Shown in pieces: positions 18,621 to 28,619 of a stretch of DNA of 64,000 nucleotides. The position numbers and the translations under genes were made by a program. Location of the stretch: NCBI GenBank assembly GCA_033762915.1, contig JANRLD010000029.1:1-64000 (forward strand), in the 5' to 3' direction. Within the stretch, counting starts at the first letter, position 1; the number at the start of each line of letters is the position of its first letter. Below the pieces are notes generated by a model. It was not told the DNA's origin. It did no database searches and was given only the letters and a program-made list of their open reading frames with translations. Source of the stretch: Meiothermus sp. Lineage in GTDB: Bacteria; Deinococcota; Deinococci; Deinococcales; Thermaceae.

Positions 18621-18767
18621 CTTGCTCGAGCCGTTACCCGCCCTCCAGACCACCCAAGGAAAGCCGGTTTGCCCCCAATACCCCTTCGGTCTTCAGCGGC
18701 CAACTGGCACCTTCATTCAGCGACGAGCATCCCCTCAAGAAATCCCAGCCCCCAGGACAGGATCAGG

Positions 18768-19304
18768 TTAAACCCGGGTCAGTGACGAGAGGTCGTGCCA
18801 GACGTATCTAACCGCCGAGACCAGGGTTCCTGCAGGGGTGGGTTTGAGTTTGGCCTCTGCCAACTCACCCCCTAGCGCACCGTAAAACCGTTGCGCGGGC
18901 AGGTTGTCGCTAAACACCCACAGGTGCATGGGCCAGCCGGGCTCAAGCGCCCGGACGCGCCGCGCGGCCTCGCCCAAGAGCAGCCGTCCAATCCCTTGTC
19001 GCTTTAGGTGCGGTCGGACGTGCAGGTTGTCCAGCAAAGCGCCGTGCTCCGGCTCCTCTTCGAAGGTCACGTGCACGAACCCCACTGCTTCTCGTTCGAG
19101 CTCGGCCAACACGGTAAACTGTCGGCCCTGCTGATTGGACATGCGCTGACGCCATACCTGGGCCCGCTCGGTCTCGAGGTGCCCGCCCAGGTAGGCGGCG
19201 GGCAACACCTCGGTGTAGGCGCTGCGCCAGCTTTCGGTGTGCAAATAGGCCAGCGTCTGGGCGTCGGAATAGGTAGCCTCCCGAAGGTGTATTGGGTTCA
19301 GCAC
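18768..19304 (-). CDS. GNAT N-acetyltransferase
   Basis: LHVRPHLKRQGIGRLL, WVFSDNLPAQRFY. Confidence 0.9.
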   Translation of the reverse strand: MLNPIHLREATYSDAQTLAYLHTESWRSAYTEVLPAAYLGGHLETERAQVWRQRMSNQQGRQFTVLAELEREAVGFVHVTFEEEPEHGALLDNLHVRPHLKRQGIGRLLLGEAARRVRALEPGWPMHLWVFSDNLPAQRFYGALGGELAEAKLKPTPAGTLVSAVRYVWHDLSSLTRV

Positions 19305-19903
19305 TAGCCCTCCAGGTTCTTGTGCATGGCCGCCGCCACGGCGCGGTCGGTGGCGTGATCGCTCTGGCTCAGCGCCTCGGCTACGCCCCGCTGGTCGGCT
19401 TCGGGTCGGTTTTGCGAAAGTTTAAACTTGCCCTCCAGGCGCGTCACCTCGACCTCGAAAGCCACGATGCCCTGCATCATCCCGTGGAGGAACTTTTCCT
19501 CGAGTTCCTCCATCTTCCACTGCTGCTCGTACTGCAAAACCAGCCGATGCAACATGGCCTTAACCGCCTCGGGCTGGCTGACAATCCTGACCCTGCCGTA
19601 GGCGTGGACGGTCATGTAGTTCCAGGTGGGCACGCTGGGGTGCTTTTGGTACCAGGTCGGCGAGACGAAGCTATGGTCGCCCTGAAAGATGACCAGCACC
19701 TCCTGCCCCTCAAAGCTGGTCCACTGCGGGTTGGCCCTGGCGATGTGTGAGGCGAGCAGGCCCTCCGACTCCACCACAAACGGCATGTGGGTGGCAAAGG
19801 GCACCCCCCCGTGGACGCTGACCAGCGTGGCAAAGCTGTTGGCCCGCATGAACTCGAGCAGCGTCCCTACGTCTTCGATGAGGTTGAACTTGGGAATGTA
19901 CAT
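19304..19903 (-). CDS. PaiB-family FMN-binding negative regulator
   Basis: MYIP...PFATHMPF...SHIARANPQW...VPTWNY...KLSQNR. Confidence 0.9.
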   Translation of the reverse strand: MYIPKFNLIEDVGTLLEFMRANSFATLVSVHGGVPFATHMPFVVESEGLLASHIARANPQWTSFEGQEVLVIFQGDHSFVSPTWYQKHPSVPTWNYMTVHAYGRVRIVSQPEAVKAMLHRLVLQYEQQWKMEELEEKFLHGMMQGIVAFEVEVTRLEGKFKLSQNRPEADQRGVAEALSQSDHATDRAVAAAMHKNLEG

Positions 19904-20080
19904 GACCAACAGATTAGGCCCCAGAGCACTCCAGACCAAGAGCCAGACTGTCCAAAACGACCCTCTCAGAAGGTCAGGGCTACACAAAGAAGCGTTGGGA
20001 AGGGGGAAAACCTCACCGATTTCAGCTTAACTTCGTGAGGGACGTACAATTCTAATCAAAGTGCGTTACAATTGGCTTTA

Positions 20081-21181
20081 ATGCAGCACTTTTTGACTCT
20101 TCTTGCGCTGGTCGGCTGGCTGGGACTGGCTTCTTCGGGGCTGGCCCAGCCGCGCATCGGGGTGGATGCCGGCAAAACGCGCATCGTATTCAGCCTCCCA
20201 CAATCGGCGACCTACGCCGTGGTCAAGGGCCCCAATCGGCTGGTACTGCGTTTTCGAGGGACGCCGGGGCGCAGCGGCAGCGGGGTGGTCAACAGCGCCC
20301 AGGTCTCGGCCTGGCGGGTGGAGCCCAGCAGCGGCGGTTCTACCTACACGGTTGGCCTCAAGCCAGGCACTCAGCACCGCACCTTCGAACTGAGCGCCCC
20401 GCGCCGGCTGGTGCTCGACATCAGCGGGGGCGGCACCAGCAGTGCGGCCTCGAGGGCCCAACCCACAGTTCGCCCGCGCCCAAGCCGCCCGCCGGCCCCC
20501 ATCGTGGTACTCGACCCCGGTCACGGGGGCGTCGACCCTGGCGCGGTGGGCTACGTGCAGGAGCACGCCGTGACCCTGGATGTGGCCCTACGGGTGCGGA
20601 GCCTGTTGCAGGCCAGGGGCATCCGCGTGGTGATGACCCGAAGCGCCAACCGCCACCTCTCCGCCGACAAGCGAACCGACCTCGGCATGCGGGCCGAGAT
20701 GGGCAACAGCCGCCGCAACGTCTTCGTCTCGATCCACGCCAACGCCGCCACCAGCATCGCCCAGGGCATCGAGGTCTACTACTTTGGCGACACCCTCGAC
20801 GCCCGACTACTCTCCAAGGCGATCCTCGAGAACGGCGGCGGCTCGGTGGGCCAGCGGCTGACCCGCGAGGCCCGCGCCGTGGCCCAGAGCCTGCTGCGCG
20901 ACCTACTGGCCCAGGCCAACCTCAAGTTCTCCGAGGAGCTGGCCAGGGCCGTCCTGCGCAACATGATCCGCCAGACCGGCGCAGTCAACCGGGGGGTTCA
21001 AACCGCCCCCTTCTACGTCATCCGTACCCCACGCATACCCTCCATCCTGATCGAAGTGGGGTTCGTCAACCACCCCGAGGAGGGCCGCAATCTCGGCACC
21101 GCCGCCTACCGTCAGAAGTTGGCCACCGGCATCGCCGAGGGCATCGTGGGCTTCTTGGGGGACAGCGTGGCGAGCCGGTAG
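20081..21181 (+). CDS. N-acetylmuramoyl-L-alanine amidase (AMIN-like + Amidase_3)
   Basis: Signal peptide; VLDPGHGG, FVSIHAN, ILIEVGF. Confidence 0.93.
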   Translation: MQHFLTLLALVGWLGLASSGLAQPRIGVDAGKTRIVFSLPQSATYAVVKGPNRLVLRFRGTPGRSGSGVVNSAQVSAWRVEPSSGGSTYTVGLKPGTQHRTFELSAPRRLVLDISGGGTSSAASRAQPTVRPRPSRPPAPIVVLDPGHGGVDPGAVGYVQEHAVTLDVALRVRSLLQARGIRVVMTRSANRHLSADKRTDLGMRAEMGNSRRNVFVSIHANAATSIAQGIEVYYFGDTLDARLLSKAILENGGGSVGQRLTREARAVAQSLLRDLLAQANLKFSEELARAVLRNMIRQTGAVNRGVQTAPFYVIRTPRIPSILIEVGFVNHPEEGRNLGTAAYRQKLATGIAEGIVGFLGDSVASR

Positions 21182-21603
21182 TCAAACCACCCCTGCCAGA
21201 CGGCCCGTGACTTACGCGCGTTGGGCGGGAGCTTCTCGAGCAGTCGGGAACGGTCCTGGGGGCCGTACCGACCTAAAATCCAGCGCTCGTGCTCGAGCAG
21301 GTGTCCTTCGAGCCTGGTGAACCCCTCGGCGTAGGCCTGCTCGAGGGCACCTGAGGGCAGCTCAGGCGCGGCCTGAGGGCCGGTAAGGACGAAGAACTTG
21401 TCCTTCGGGCGGGAGTAGGCCACAACCTCTCCCCCAACCTCCAGCCAAAGGCCCGAGGAGTGAAGGGTCAGGTCACCCCGGCGGTAGAGGCTCGAGCCGC
21501 GCTCGGTGGGGTTGGGCGTCTTTACGAAGCCTCGAGCCTCGAAGTCGGCCCGGATGGCGTCTTGCCCCCAGAGCCAGAACTGAACATTGAGCAGACCTTG
21601 CAT
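21112..21603 (-). CDS. hypothetical protein
   Basis: MQGLLNVQFWLWGQD... open frame with host codon usage. Confidence 0.6.
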   Translation of the reverse strand: MQGLLNVQFWLWGQDAIRADFEARGFVKTPNPTERGSSLYRRGDLTLHSSGLWLEVGGEVVAYSRPKDKFFVLTGPQAAPELPSGALEQAYAEGFTRLEGHLLEHERWILGRYGPQDRSRLLEKLPPNARKSRAVWQGWFDYRLATLSPKKPTMPSAMPVANF

Positions 21604-21679
21604 GGCAAGTCGGGAGCAGACAGGAGCCAAGGCAAAGAACATCCGAACTGCAGTTCTTGAGCTCTGACCCTTTACTGGC

Positions 21680-22600
21680 CTACCTGAACGACTCGCACGC
21701 GGCCCGTCCGTTGAAGGCGAGCAACTTGAGGTAGGTGTTCACGGTATCGTCGAAGGCATCAGAGTAGATGCGGCCCACCCGGGCCCCGGTAGCCTCGGCC
21801 AGCGCACGGGCCTCGGCCTGGCTAAACTGCGGCTCGGCAAAGACCGTGCGCACGCCCTGGCGGCGCATCTCCTGGGCCAGCCGGGTGAAGCGCTGGGTGC
21901 CGGTCTGCTGGGCGGAAAAGTCGGCGATCGAGCCCACGATGGTGATGTTGTACTGGCGGGCGAAGTAGAGCAGGGCCTCGTGCTGCGAAACGATCTTGCG
22001 GCGGGACACCGGGATATTGGCCAGGCATGCCTTAACGTCGGCGTCAGCCTGTCGAATCTGGGCGATATAGCGGCCGGCGTTCTGGGTGTAGACGGCGCGG
22101 CCGGAGGGGTCGGCGGCGATCAGGGCGTCGCGGATGCGCTCGACGTAGCGCACGCCGTAGGCCGGTGAAAGCCACAGGTGGGGATCATATTCGCCGTGGC
22201 CATGCTGGTCTTCGGCGTGGCCCGCCTCTTTGCTGTGCTCGTCCTTGTGCTCGTCGTGGTGTTCGCCGCCCTTAATCAGGTTCGGCATCCCCGCCGCCAG
22301 CTCGACCACTCGAGCCGACTTGGGCAGGTTGGCCTCGAGCTTCTCGAAAAAGGGCTCGAGGTTGAGCCCGTTGGCAAAGACCACCTTGGCCCGGCTCATG
22401 CCCTGCACCACCGTGGGCCGCGGGTCGTAGCTGTGCGGATCGGAGCCGTTGGGTACCACCTGGGTAATGTTCACCCGGTTGCCCCCGACGTTGCGCACCA
22501 TATCGGCGATAAACCCAGTGGTTGCCGAGACCTGTACCTGCGCCAAGGCCGAGCCAAGCCCGAGGGCGGCGAGGATGGAAAGGGTTCTTATGGTCTGCAT
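21680..22600 (-). CDS. Zn/Mn ABC transporter substrate-binding protein (ZnuA-like)
   Basis: DPHSY, His-rich loop, DPHLWLSP, HEAL. Confidence 0.93.
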   Translation of the reverse strand: MQTIRTLSILAALGLGSALAQVQVSATTGFIADMVRNVGGNRVNITQVVPNGSDPHSYDPRPTVVQGMSRAKVVFANGLNLEPFFEKLEANLPKSARVVELAAGMPNLIKGGEHHDEHKDEHSKEAGHAEDQHGHGEYDPHLWLSPAYGVRYVERIRDALIAADPSGRAVYTQNAGRYIAQIRQADADVKACLANIPVSRRKIVSQHEALLYFARQYNITIVGSIADFSAQQTGTQRFTRLAQEMRRQGVRTVFAEPQFSQAEARALAEATGARVGRIYSDAFDDTVNTYLKLLAFNGRAACESFR

Positions 22601-22672
22601 TGAATCTCCTTGGACGTTGGCTGCTTGAAATTAGAAGTCAGCCGTGAACTTGGTCCATCGACTTCTCAATAT

Positions 22673-22688
22673 TGATAAGTCATTATCA
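22673..22688. promoter_or_regulatory. Fur/Zur-like box
   Basis: TGATAA-gtca-TTATCA palindrome between divergent ZnuA-like and Fur-family genes. Confidence 0.65.
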
Positions 22689-22722
22689 CTTTGTCAACCG
22701 TCCAACCTGCTATCATTAACTT

Positions 22723-23097
22723 ATGGAGCGCTCCACCCGCCAACGTCAGGCCATCCGGGATGTGCTGTCCGAGATGAGCCGCCCCCTTTCACCGCTCGAG
22801 GTACACGAGGCCGCGCTGCACAAGGTTCCGGGGATCGGTATCGCCACGGTGTATCGGACGCTCAAGGGGCTGGTCGAGGAGGGACAGGCGGTACCGGTGG
22901 AACTCCCCGGCGAGGCCGCCCGCTACGAGCTTGCGGGCAAGAAGCACCACCACCACTTCCACTGCCGCGACTGCGGGAAGGTGTTCGAGATCGAGGGCTG
23001 CCCCGGCGACCTCAGCTTCATGGTGCCCAAAGGCTTCCGGGCCGAGGCCCACGAGATTGTGCTATATGGGCGCTGCGACGCATGCATAAAGGCGTGA
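22723..23097 (+). CDS. Fur-family regulator (probably Zur)
   Basis: ATVYRTL, HHHHFHCRDCG, CxxC C-terminus. Confidence 0.93.
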   Translation: MERSTRQRQAIRDVLSEMSRPLSPLEVHEAALHKVPGIGIATVYRTLKGLVEEGQAVPVELPGEAARYELAGKKHHHHFHCRDCGKVFEIEGCPGDLSFMVPKGFRAEAHEIVLYGRCDACIKA

Positions 23098-23492
23098 GCC
23101 TCGAGTACAAGCTTAGTCCACCCGTCAGTAACGAGGCCCTACAGGCGTTGTTTAGCTCGGCTTGGAACAACCCCTGCACCACCGACTTCGCCCCCATATT
23201 GCAGCGCAGCCTGGCCTACATCTGCGCCCTCGACAGCAACCAACTGGTCGGATTTGTGAACCTGGCCTGGGACGGCGGCGTTCACGCCTTCCTGCTCGAC
23301 ACCTCAGTTCACACCGACTACCAGCGGCGAGGCATTGGCACGGCCCTGGTGCGTTTGGCCCTCGACGCCGCCCGGCAGCGTGGCATCGAGTGGATGCACG
23401 TTGACTACGAGCCCCACCTCGAGGGGTTCTACACAGCCTGCGGGTTCCGGGAGACGCGGGCGGGGTTGGTGAACCTCAGGCGTGAAGCATAG
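23094..23492 (+). CDS. GNAT N-acetyltransferase
   Basis: AFLLDTSVHTDYQRRGIG, FYTACGF; GTGA overlap. Confidence 0.88.
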   Translation: MSLEYKLSPPVSNEALQALFSSAWNNPCTTDFAPILQRSLAYICALDSNQLVGFVNLAWDGGVHAFLLDTSVHTDYQRRGIGTALVRLALDAARQRGIEWMHVDYEPHLEGFYTACGFRETRAGLVNLRREA

Positions 23493-23856
23493 CCTTGCTG
23501 AAACATCCGTTGACCAACCGCTGGATCTACGTTGCTGGAATGCGAGATTTTGCCCAAAAACACCTGGGAGAGTTGCATCCGCACTCGAGGTGGAGCGCGG
23601 TTTGAAGACATTCAACGTTCAAGTAGATACCCACGCACAACTTGCTCAGCGCGGTGCTGCTTGAGGAAGCGCGGCCTGCTCCTGCCAACCGGACTGTGCT
23701 GAATCCAGGAGGCATCGGTGCGACCATGCGGGCATCCCGCTTTCACATAGTTGACATTGATTGTAAGTTATCAGTAGTCTCTAGAGTACTGGGTTTGGGA
23801 GCGGCCGAACAACCACCCAAAAAACCAACCCGCAGTAATACCCACGAGGTCGTCGC

Positions 23857-25347
23857 ATGCGAAGATTCTTTACCTTAGTTTTAGTTTTGCTCGTCTCGAG
23901 CGTTTGGGCCAAGGGCACCCTGACCATCGCTGTGGGCGGCGACGCACCCACCCTCGACCCCAACCTGACCTTCAGCGGGTTGGCCTTTATCGCCACCAAT
24001 CAGATCTACGACACCCTGGTGCGCCGCGAGGACGACGGGCTGAAGCCCCGTCTGGCGACCCGCTGGACCCGGGTCAACTCCACCACCTGGCGTTTCGAGC
24101 TGCGCCGGGGGGTCAAGTTCCACGATGGCACCCCCTTCAACGCTCAGGCAGTCAAGTTTAGCGTAGAGCGGCTGATCGACCCCACCTCCCGGGCCGCCGG
24201 CGCATTTGTGCTAAGCGCGATCAGCACCATCCGGATCATCGACGACTTTACCGTCGAGTTCGTCACCGCTAAGCCTTTCGCACCCCTGCTGGCGCACCTC
24301 AGCCACCCCGTGACCGCCATCGTCTCCCCCGCCGCGGTGCAGAAGTTCGGCCGCGACTTCGGCCGCAACCCGGTCGGAACCGGGGCTTTCCGCTTCGTGA
24401 GCTGGAAGACCGGCGACCAGCTGGTGATCGAGGCCAACTCCGACTACTGGGGCGGACCCCTGGACATCGATCAGATTGTCTTCCGCACCATCCCCGAGGT
24501 CGGCACCCAGGTCGTCGAGATCAAGTCGGGCCGGGTGGACCTGATCTACAACTACCCCCCCGAGCGGCAGAAGGACTTCGACAACGACCCCAAGATCGAC
24601 ACTTACCGGCGCAACGGCTGGGGGACGGTCTACCTGGGCTTCAACACCCAGAACGGCATCACCAAAAACGAGAAGGTGCGCCGCGCGCTGTCCATGGCCA
24701 TCGACCGGGACAACATCGTCAATGTGCTGAGGGCCGGCTTCGCAGTCAAGGCCAACGGCTTCTTGCCGCCGGCGGTCAGCGGCCATGCCGCCGAGCTGCG
24801 CTCGGTTAACTACAACCTCGCCGAGGCCAAAAAGCTCCTCGAGGAGGCCGGGGTGGCCCCCGGCACCCGGATCGCCCTGACCACCTTCACCGGCGCCGAG
24901 ACCCGCCAGATCGCCGAGGCGGTTCAGTTCAGCATGCAGCAACTCGGCCTTAACGTCAGCGTACAGATCAGCGACTTCGGGGCCTTCAGCACCGCCATCC
25001 AGAAGCCCGACCACTCCGAGCTGTTCATCGGCTCCTGGGGTACCGTGACTCTCGACGCCGACTACGCGCTGTGGGCGTTGTTCAACTCGAGGGAAATCCC
25101 CGTCAACAACTGGAGCTTCTACCGCAACTCGAGGGTCGATGCGCTGCTGCTGGCCGGCCGCCAGTCCTCCAACCAGCCAGCCCGCCTAAGCTACTACCGC
25201 GAGGCCCAGGCCATCCTGCTGCGCGACCTGCCGGTCTTCCCGCTGTATTGGCCGCTCTACACCTACGCCAAGAACAACCGCCTCCAGGGTGAGCGCTTCA
25301 ACTTCTCGGCCATCAACTTCGATTTCTCCAAAGCCACCCTCAAGTAA
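23857..25347 (+). CDS. peptide/glutathione ABC substrate-binding protein (family 5)
   Basis: LRRGVKFHDGTPFNA, PVGTGAF. Confidence 0.93.
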   Translation: MRRFFTLVLVLLVSSVWAKGTLTIAVGGDAPTLDPNLTFSGLAFIATNQIYDTLVRREDDGLKPRLATRWTRVNSTTWRFELRRGVKFHDGTPFNAQAVKFSVERLIDPTSRAAGAFVLSAISTIRIIDDFTVEFVTAKPFAPLLAHLSHPVTAIVSPAAVQKFGRDFGRNPVGTGAFRFVSWKTGDQLVIEANSDYWGGPLDIDQIVFRTIPEVGTQVVEIKSGRVDLIYNYPPERQKDFDNDPKIDTYRRNGWGTVYLGFNTQNGITKNEKVRRALSMAIDRDNIVNVLRAGFAVKANGFLPPAVSGHAAELRSVNYNLAEAKKLLEEAGVAPGTRIALTTFTGAETRQIAEAVQFSMQQLGLNVSVQISDFGAFSTAIQKPDHSELFIGSWGTVTLDADYALWALFNSREIPVNNWSFYRNSRVDALLLAGRQSSNQPARLSYYREAQAILLRDLPVFPLYWPLYTYAKNNRLQGERFNFSAINFDFSKATLK

Positions 25348-25448
25348 AGTACAGTTCTGATTGGGTGCAATCGGGGTCTTCGCGGGGCTTCACTCCCCGC
25401 GAAGACCCCTCGAGTTAATCCGGCCACGCCCCCGAAGAGAGAACCCCC

Positions 25449-26375
25449 TTGCTCCGCTACCTTGTCGCACGCATCTTGGGCATCCTGCCGGTCTTGCTGG
25501 GCGTGACCCTGCTGATCTACGCCCTGATCCAGCTGGCACCGGGGGACGTGCTGCTGTCGCTCTTGGGCGAAGAGGCCCAGGGCATCAGCCAGGCCGAGCT
25601 CGAGCGCCTGCGCCAGCAGCTCGGTCTCAACGACCCCTGGTACGTCCAGTACGTGCGCTTCCTATCCGATTTGCTGGGGGGCAACCTGCTCTCCCTCAAG
25701 ACCCAGCGGCCGGTTATTGAGGAAATCCTGGATCGCTTCCCCTACACCCTGCTGCTCACCACCGTCTCCTTGGCCTTGGCCACCGCAATCGCGGTGCCCC
25801 TTGGGGTGCTGGCGGCGGTGCGGCGCGGCAGTGCATGGGACGGCTTCGCCATGCTGGTGGCCCTGCTGGGCATCTCGGTACCCTCGTTCTGGCTGGCCAT
25901 CATGATGATGATCCTGTTCGCGCTGTATCTGGGCTGGCTCCCGGCCTCGGGCAGCGGCACCTGGCAGCACCTGGTGCTCCCCTCGCTGACCATCGTGCTG
26001 GGATCGGTAGGCTATATCGCCCGCATGACCCGCTCGGCGATGCTCGAGGTGCTGGGCCAGGACTACGTGCGCACCGCCCGGGCCAAGGGCCTGCCGGATG
26101 GACAAGTGGTCTACGCGCACGCCTTCCGCAACGCCCTGCTGCCCCTGGTTACGGTGCTGGGCCTCGAGTTCGGGGCGCTCCTGGGCGGGGCGGTACTGAC
26201 CGAGACCATCTTCGCCTGGCCCGGCCTGGGCCGCCTGACCGTGGACGCGATTTTGTCTCGAGACATCTACCTGATCCAGGGCGTGGTCATCTTCGTGGCG
26301 ACGCTGTACATGCTGGTCAATCTGGCCGTAGACCTGCTCTACGCCCGCCTCAACCCACGGATTACCTATGCTTAA
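25449..26375 (+). CDS. peptide ABC permease (DppB-like)
   Basis: DYVRTARAKG, TETIFAWPGLG. Confidence 0.93.
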   Translation: MLRYLVARILGILPVLLGVTLLIYALIQLAPGDVLLSLLGEEAQGISQAELERLRQQLGLNDPWYVQYVRFLSDLLGGNLLSLKTQRPVIEEILDRFPYTLLLTTVSLALATAIAVPLGVLAAVRRGSAWDGFAMLVALLGISVPSFWLAIMMMILFALYLGWLPASGSGTWQHLVLPSLTIVLGSVGYIARMTRSAMLEVLGQDYVRTARAKGLPDGQVVYAHAFRNALLPLVTVLGLEFGALLGGAVLTETIFAWPGLGRLTVDAILSRDIYLIQGVVIFVATLYMLVNLAVDLLYARLNPRITYA

Positions 26376-27222
26376 TGCCCGAGCCGAGTCCGTCCCGTTG
26401 CGCCGGCTGCGGCGCAACCCCGGCGCACTGGTGGGGTTGGTGCTGCTGCTGGCAGTGGTGGCGCTGGCGCTGCTGGCCCCCCTCATTGCCCCCGCCCCCG
26501 AGAACGCGCAGGACTGGTCCAACCGCCTCAAGGCCCCCAGCCTCGAGCACCCCATGGGCACCGACGAGTTCGGCCGCAGCGTGCTGACCCGGGTGCTTTA
26601 CGGTGGGCGGGTATCGCTCTTGTCGGGCTTTGTCCCGGTGCTGATCGGGCTGAGCATCGGCACCCTAATGGGGCTGCTGGCGGGCTACTTCGGTGGCTTT
26701 CTGGACGCGTTGTTCATGCGGCTGATGGACATCCTTCTGGCCTTCCCCAGCATCTTTCTGGCCCTGGCCATCGTGGGCATCTTCGGCCCCAGCCTGTTCA
26801 ATGCGATCCTGGCGATCGGGCTGGTTTCAATTCCCAACTATGCCCGCCTGACCCGGGCCGAAGTGCTTAAACTCAAGAACACCGAGTTTGTCGAGTCGGC
26901 CACCGCACTGGGCGCCTCGAGGGTACGAATCCTGCTGCGCCACCTCCTTCCCAACTCCCTCTCGCCCCTGATCGTGCAGGCCACCCTGGGGGTGGGGGGC
27001 GCGATCCTGGCCACTGCCGGCCTCAGCTTCTTGGGCCTGGGGGTGCAGCCGCCCACCAGCGACTGGGGCGAGATGCTGGCCTCCGGGCGGCGCTACCTGC
27101 CCGAGGCCTGGTGGCTGGCGGTCTTCCCCGGCCTGGCCATCGCCGTCACCATCCTGGCCATCAACCTGCTGGGCGATGGCCTGCGCGACGCGCTTGACCC
27201 GAGGTTGTCTGACGGCAAGTGA
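26368..27222 (+). CDS. peptide ABC permease (DppC-like)
   Basis: HPMGTDEFGR, HLLPN, LSFLGLG, GDGLRDALDP. Confidence 0.93.
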   Translation: MLNARAESVPLRRLRRNPGALVGLVLLLAVVALALLAPLIAPAPENAQDWSNRLKAPSLEHPMGTDEFGRSVLTRVLYGGRVSLLSGFVPVLIGLSIGTLMGLLAGYFGGFLDALFMRLMDILLAFPSIFLALAIVGIFGPSLFNAILAIGLVSIPNYARLTRAEVLKLKNTEFVESATALGASRVRILLRHLLPNSLSPLIVQATLGVGGAILATAGLSFLGLGVQPPTSDWGEMLASGRRYLPEAWWLAVFPGLAIAVTILAINLLGDGLRDALDPRLSDGK

Positions 27223-27407
27223 GCGGCGGGGTTGGACTCCTTGTGCGGAAGGAATCAACCAGTCTTCATGTAGGGCCAATCCCAATGCAGTATGACCATC
27301 TCGCTGCCCAAAAACAGCCTGATTCTCTAGAGTATCGAACAAACTACTCCCATTCATCATGCCGCGATGTTCCATGAATACGTCCGACCGATCCGCTTAT
27401 CCTTCAG

Positions 27408-28619
27408 CTACCCTCGAGCCAGTACCGCCCGCGTCTCCCAGGCGATCATCAGCTCCTCGTTGGTGTTCACCACCATCGCCACCGTGCTGCCCGGCGCGGT
27501 GATGACCCCAGCCTGGCCCCTGATTGTCGCGGTGTTCTTGGCCTCGTCTACCCTGAACCCCAACACCCCCAGCCAGCCCAGCACCTTGGCCCTGACCAAA
27601 GCACTGTTCTCCCCAATGCCCCCGGTAAAAATCAGCGCATCAGTACGGCCCAGCGGCACGCTCATGGCCGCGACATACTTGGCCAGGCGATAACAAAAGA
27701 CCTCGATGGCCAGTTTTGCGCCCGCGTGCCCGCTGGCAGCAGCTCCCTCGAGTTCCCTCATATCATTCGACAGCCCCGACAACCCCAGCAGGCCCGACTT
27801 CTTGTTGAGCAGGTCGGTCACCTCGTCGAGCCCAATGCCCAGCACCCCCGCGATGAACTGGTGGATGTTGGGGTCGAGGTCGCCGGAGCGGGTGCCCATC
27901 ACCAGGCCCTCGAGGGGCGTCAGGCCCATGCTGGTGTCGAGGCTCTGGCCGTCCTTCACCGCAGCGATGCTGCACCCGTTGCCCAGGTGGGCGCTGATGA
28001 AGCAAGAATGGCTAAGCCCCAAACCCAACATTTCCGCCGCCTTGCGGGTCACATAGGCATGGCTGGTGCCGTGGAAACCATAGCGGCGCACGCCGTGACG
28101 GCTGTACCAGTCCTCGGGCACCGCATAGCGGTAGGCGTGGGCGGGCATGGTCTGGTGGAAGGCGGTGTCGAAGACAGCCACATGCGGGAGGTCAGGGAAG
28201 GCGTTCTGGGCGCTCCCTAAGCCCAGCAGATTGGCCGGGTTGTGCAGGGGGGCGAGCGGCGCGCAGGCCCGGATGGCGGCGACCACCTCGGGGGAGACCA
28301 GAACTGAAGATTTGAACGCCTCACCCCCGTGCACCACTCGGTGCCCCACCGCGCTCACCTGAGCCCGCAGATCGCGCCGCTCGAGTTCTTGAAGGATTGA
28401 CCCAATAGCTACGGCATGACCCTTCGCACTCAAGGTCCGGGTCTCCTTCTGTTCGCCCCACCTGAAGGTGATAACCGGCTCGTCCTCGAGAAGCTTTTCG
28501 GCCAGCCCGCTCAGCCGCACCTCGCCGCTGTCAGGATCGAGCAGTGCGAACTTAAGGCTCGAGCTGCCACAGTTGAGGACCAGAGTCAGGGGCATGGGGT
28601 TGATTTTAGCAATGGTCAT
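27408..28619 (-). CDS. ackA: acetate kinase
   Basis: LVLNCGSSSLK, GHRVVHGG, FDTAFH, HLGNG, FTGGIGEN; start may be 28594. Confidence 0.96.
   Translation of the reverse strand: MTIAKINPMPLTLVLNCGSSSLKFALLDPDSGEVRLSGLAEKLLEDEPVITFRWGEQKETRTLSAKGHAVAIGSILQELERRDLRAQVSAVGHRVVHGGEAFKSSVLVSPEVVAAIRACAPLAPLHNPANLLGLGSAQNAFPDLPHVAVFDTAFHQTMPAHAYRYAVPEDWYSRHGVRRYGFHGTSHAYVTRKAAEMLGLGLSHSCFISAHLGNGCSIAAVKDGQSLDTSMGLTPLEGLVMGTRSGDLDPNIHQFIAGVLGIGLDEVTDLLNKKSGLLGLSGLSNDMRELEGAAASGHAGAKLAIEVFCYRLAKYVAAMSVPLGRTDALIFTGGIGENSALVRAKVLGWLGVLGFRVDEAKNTATIRGQAGVITAPGSTVAMVVNTNEELMIAWETRAVLARG

Noticed and set aside
23857..27222. Peptide ABC cluster lacking ATPase genes as a novel system
   Set aside because: Shared ATPases encoded elsewhere are common; not distinctive.
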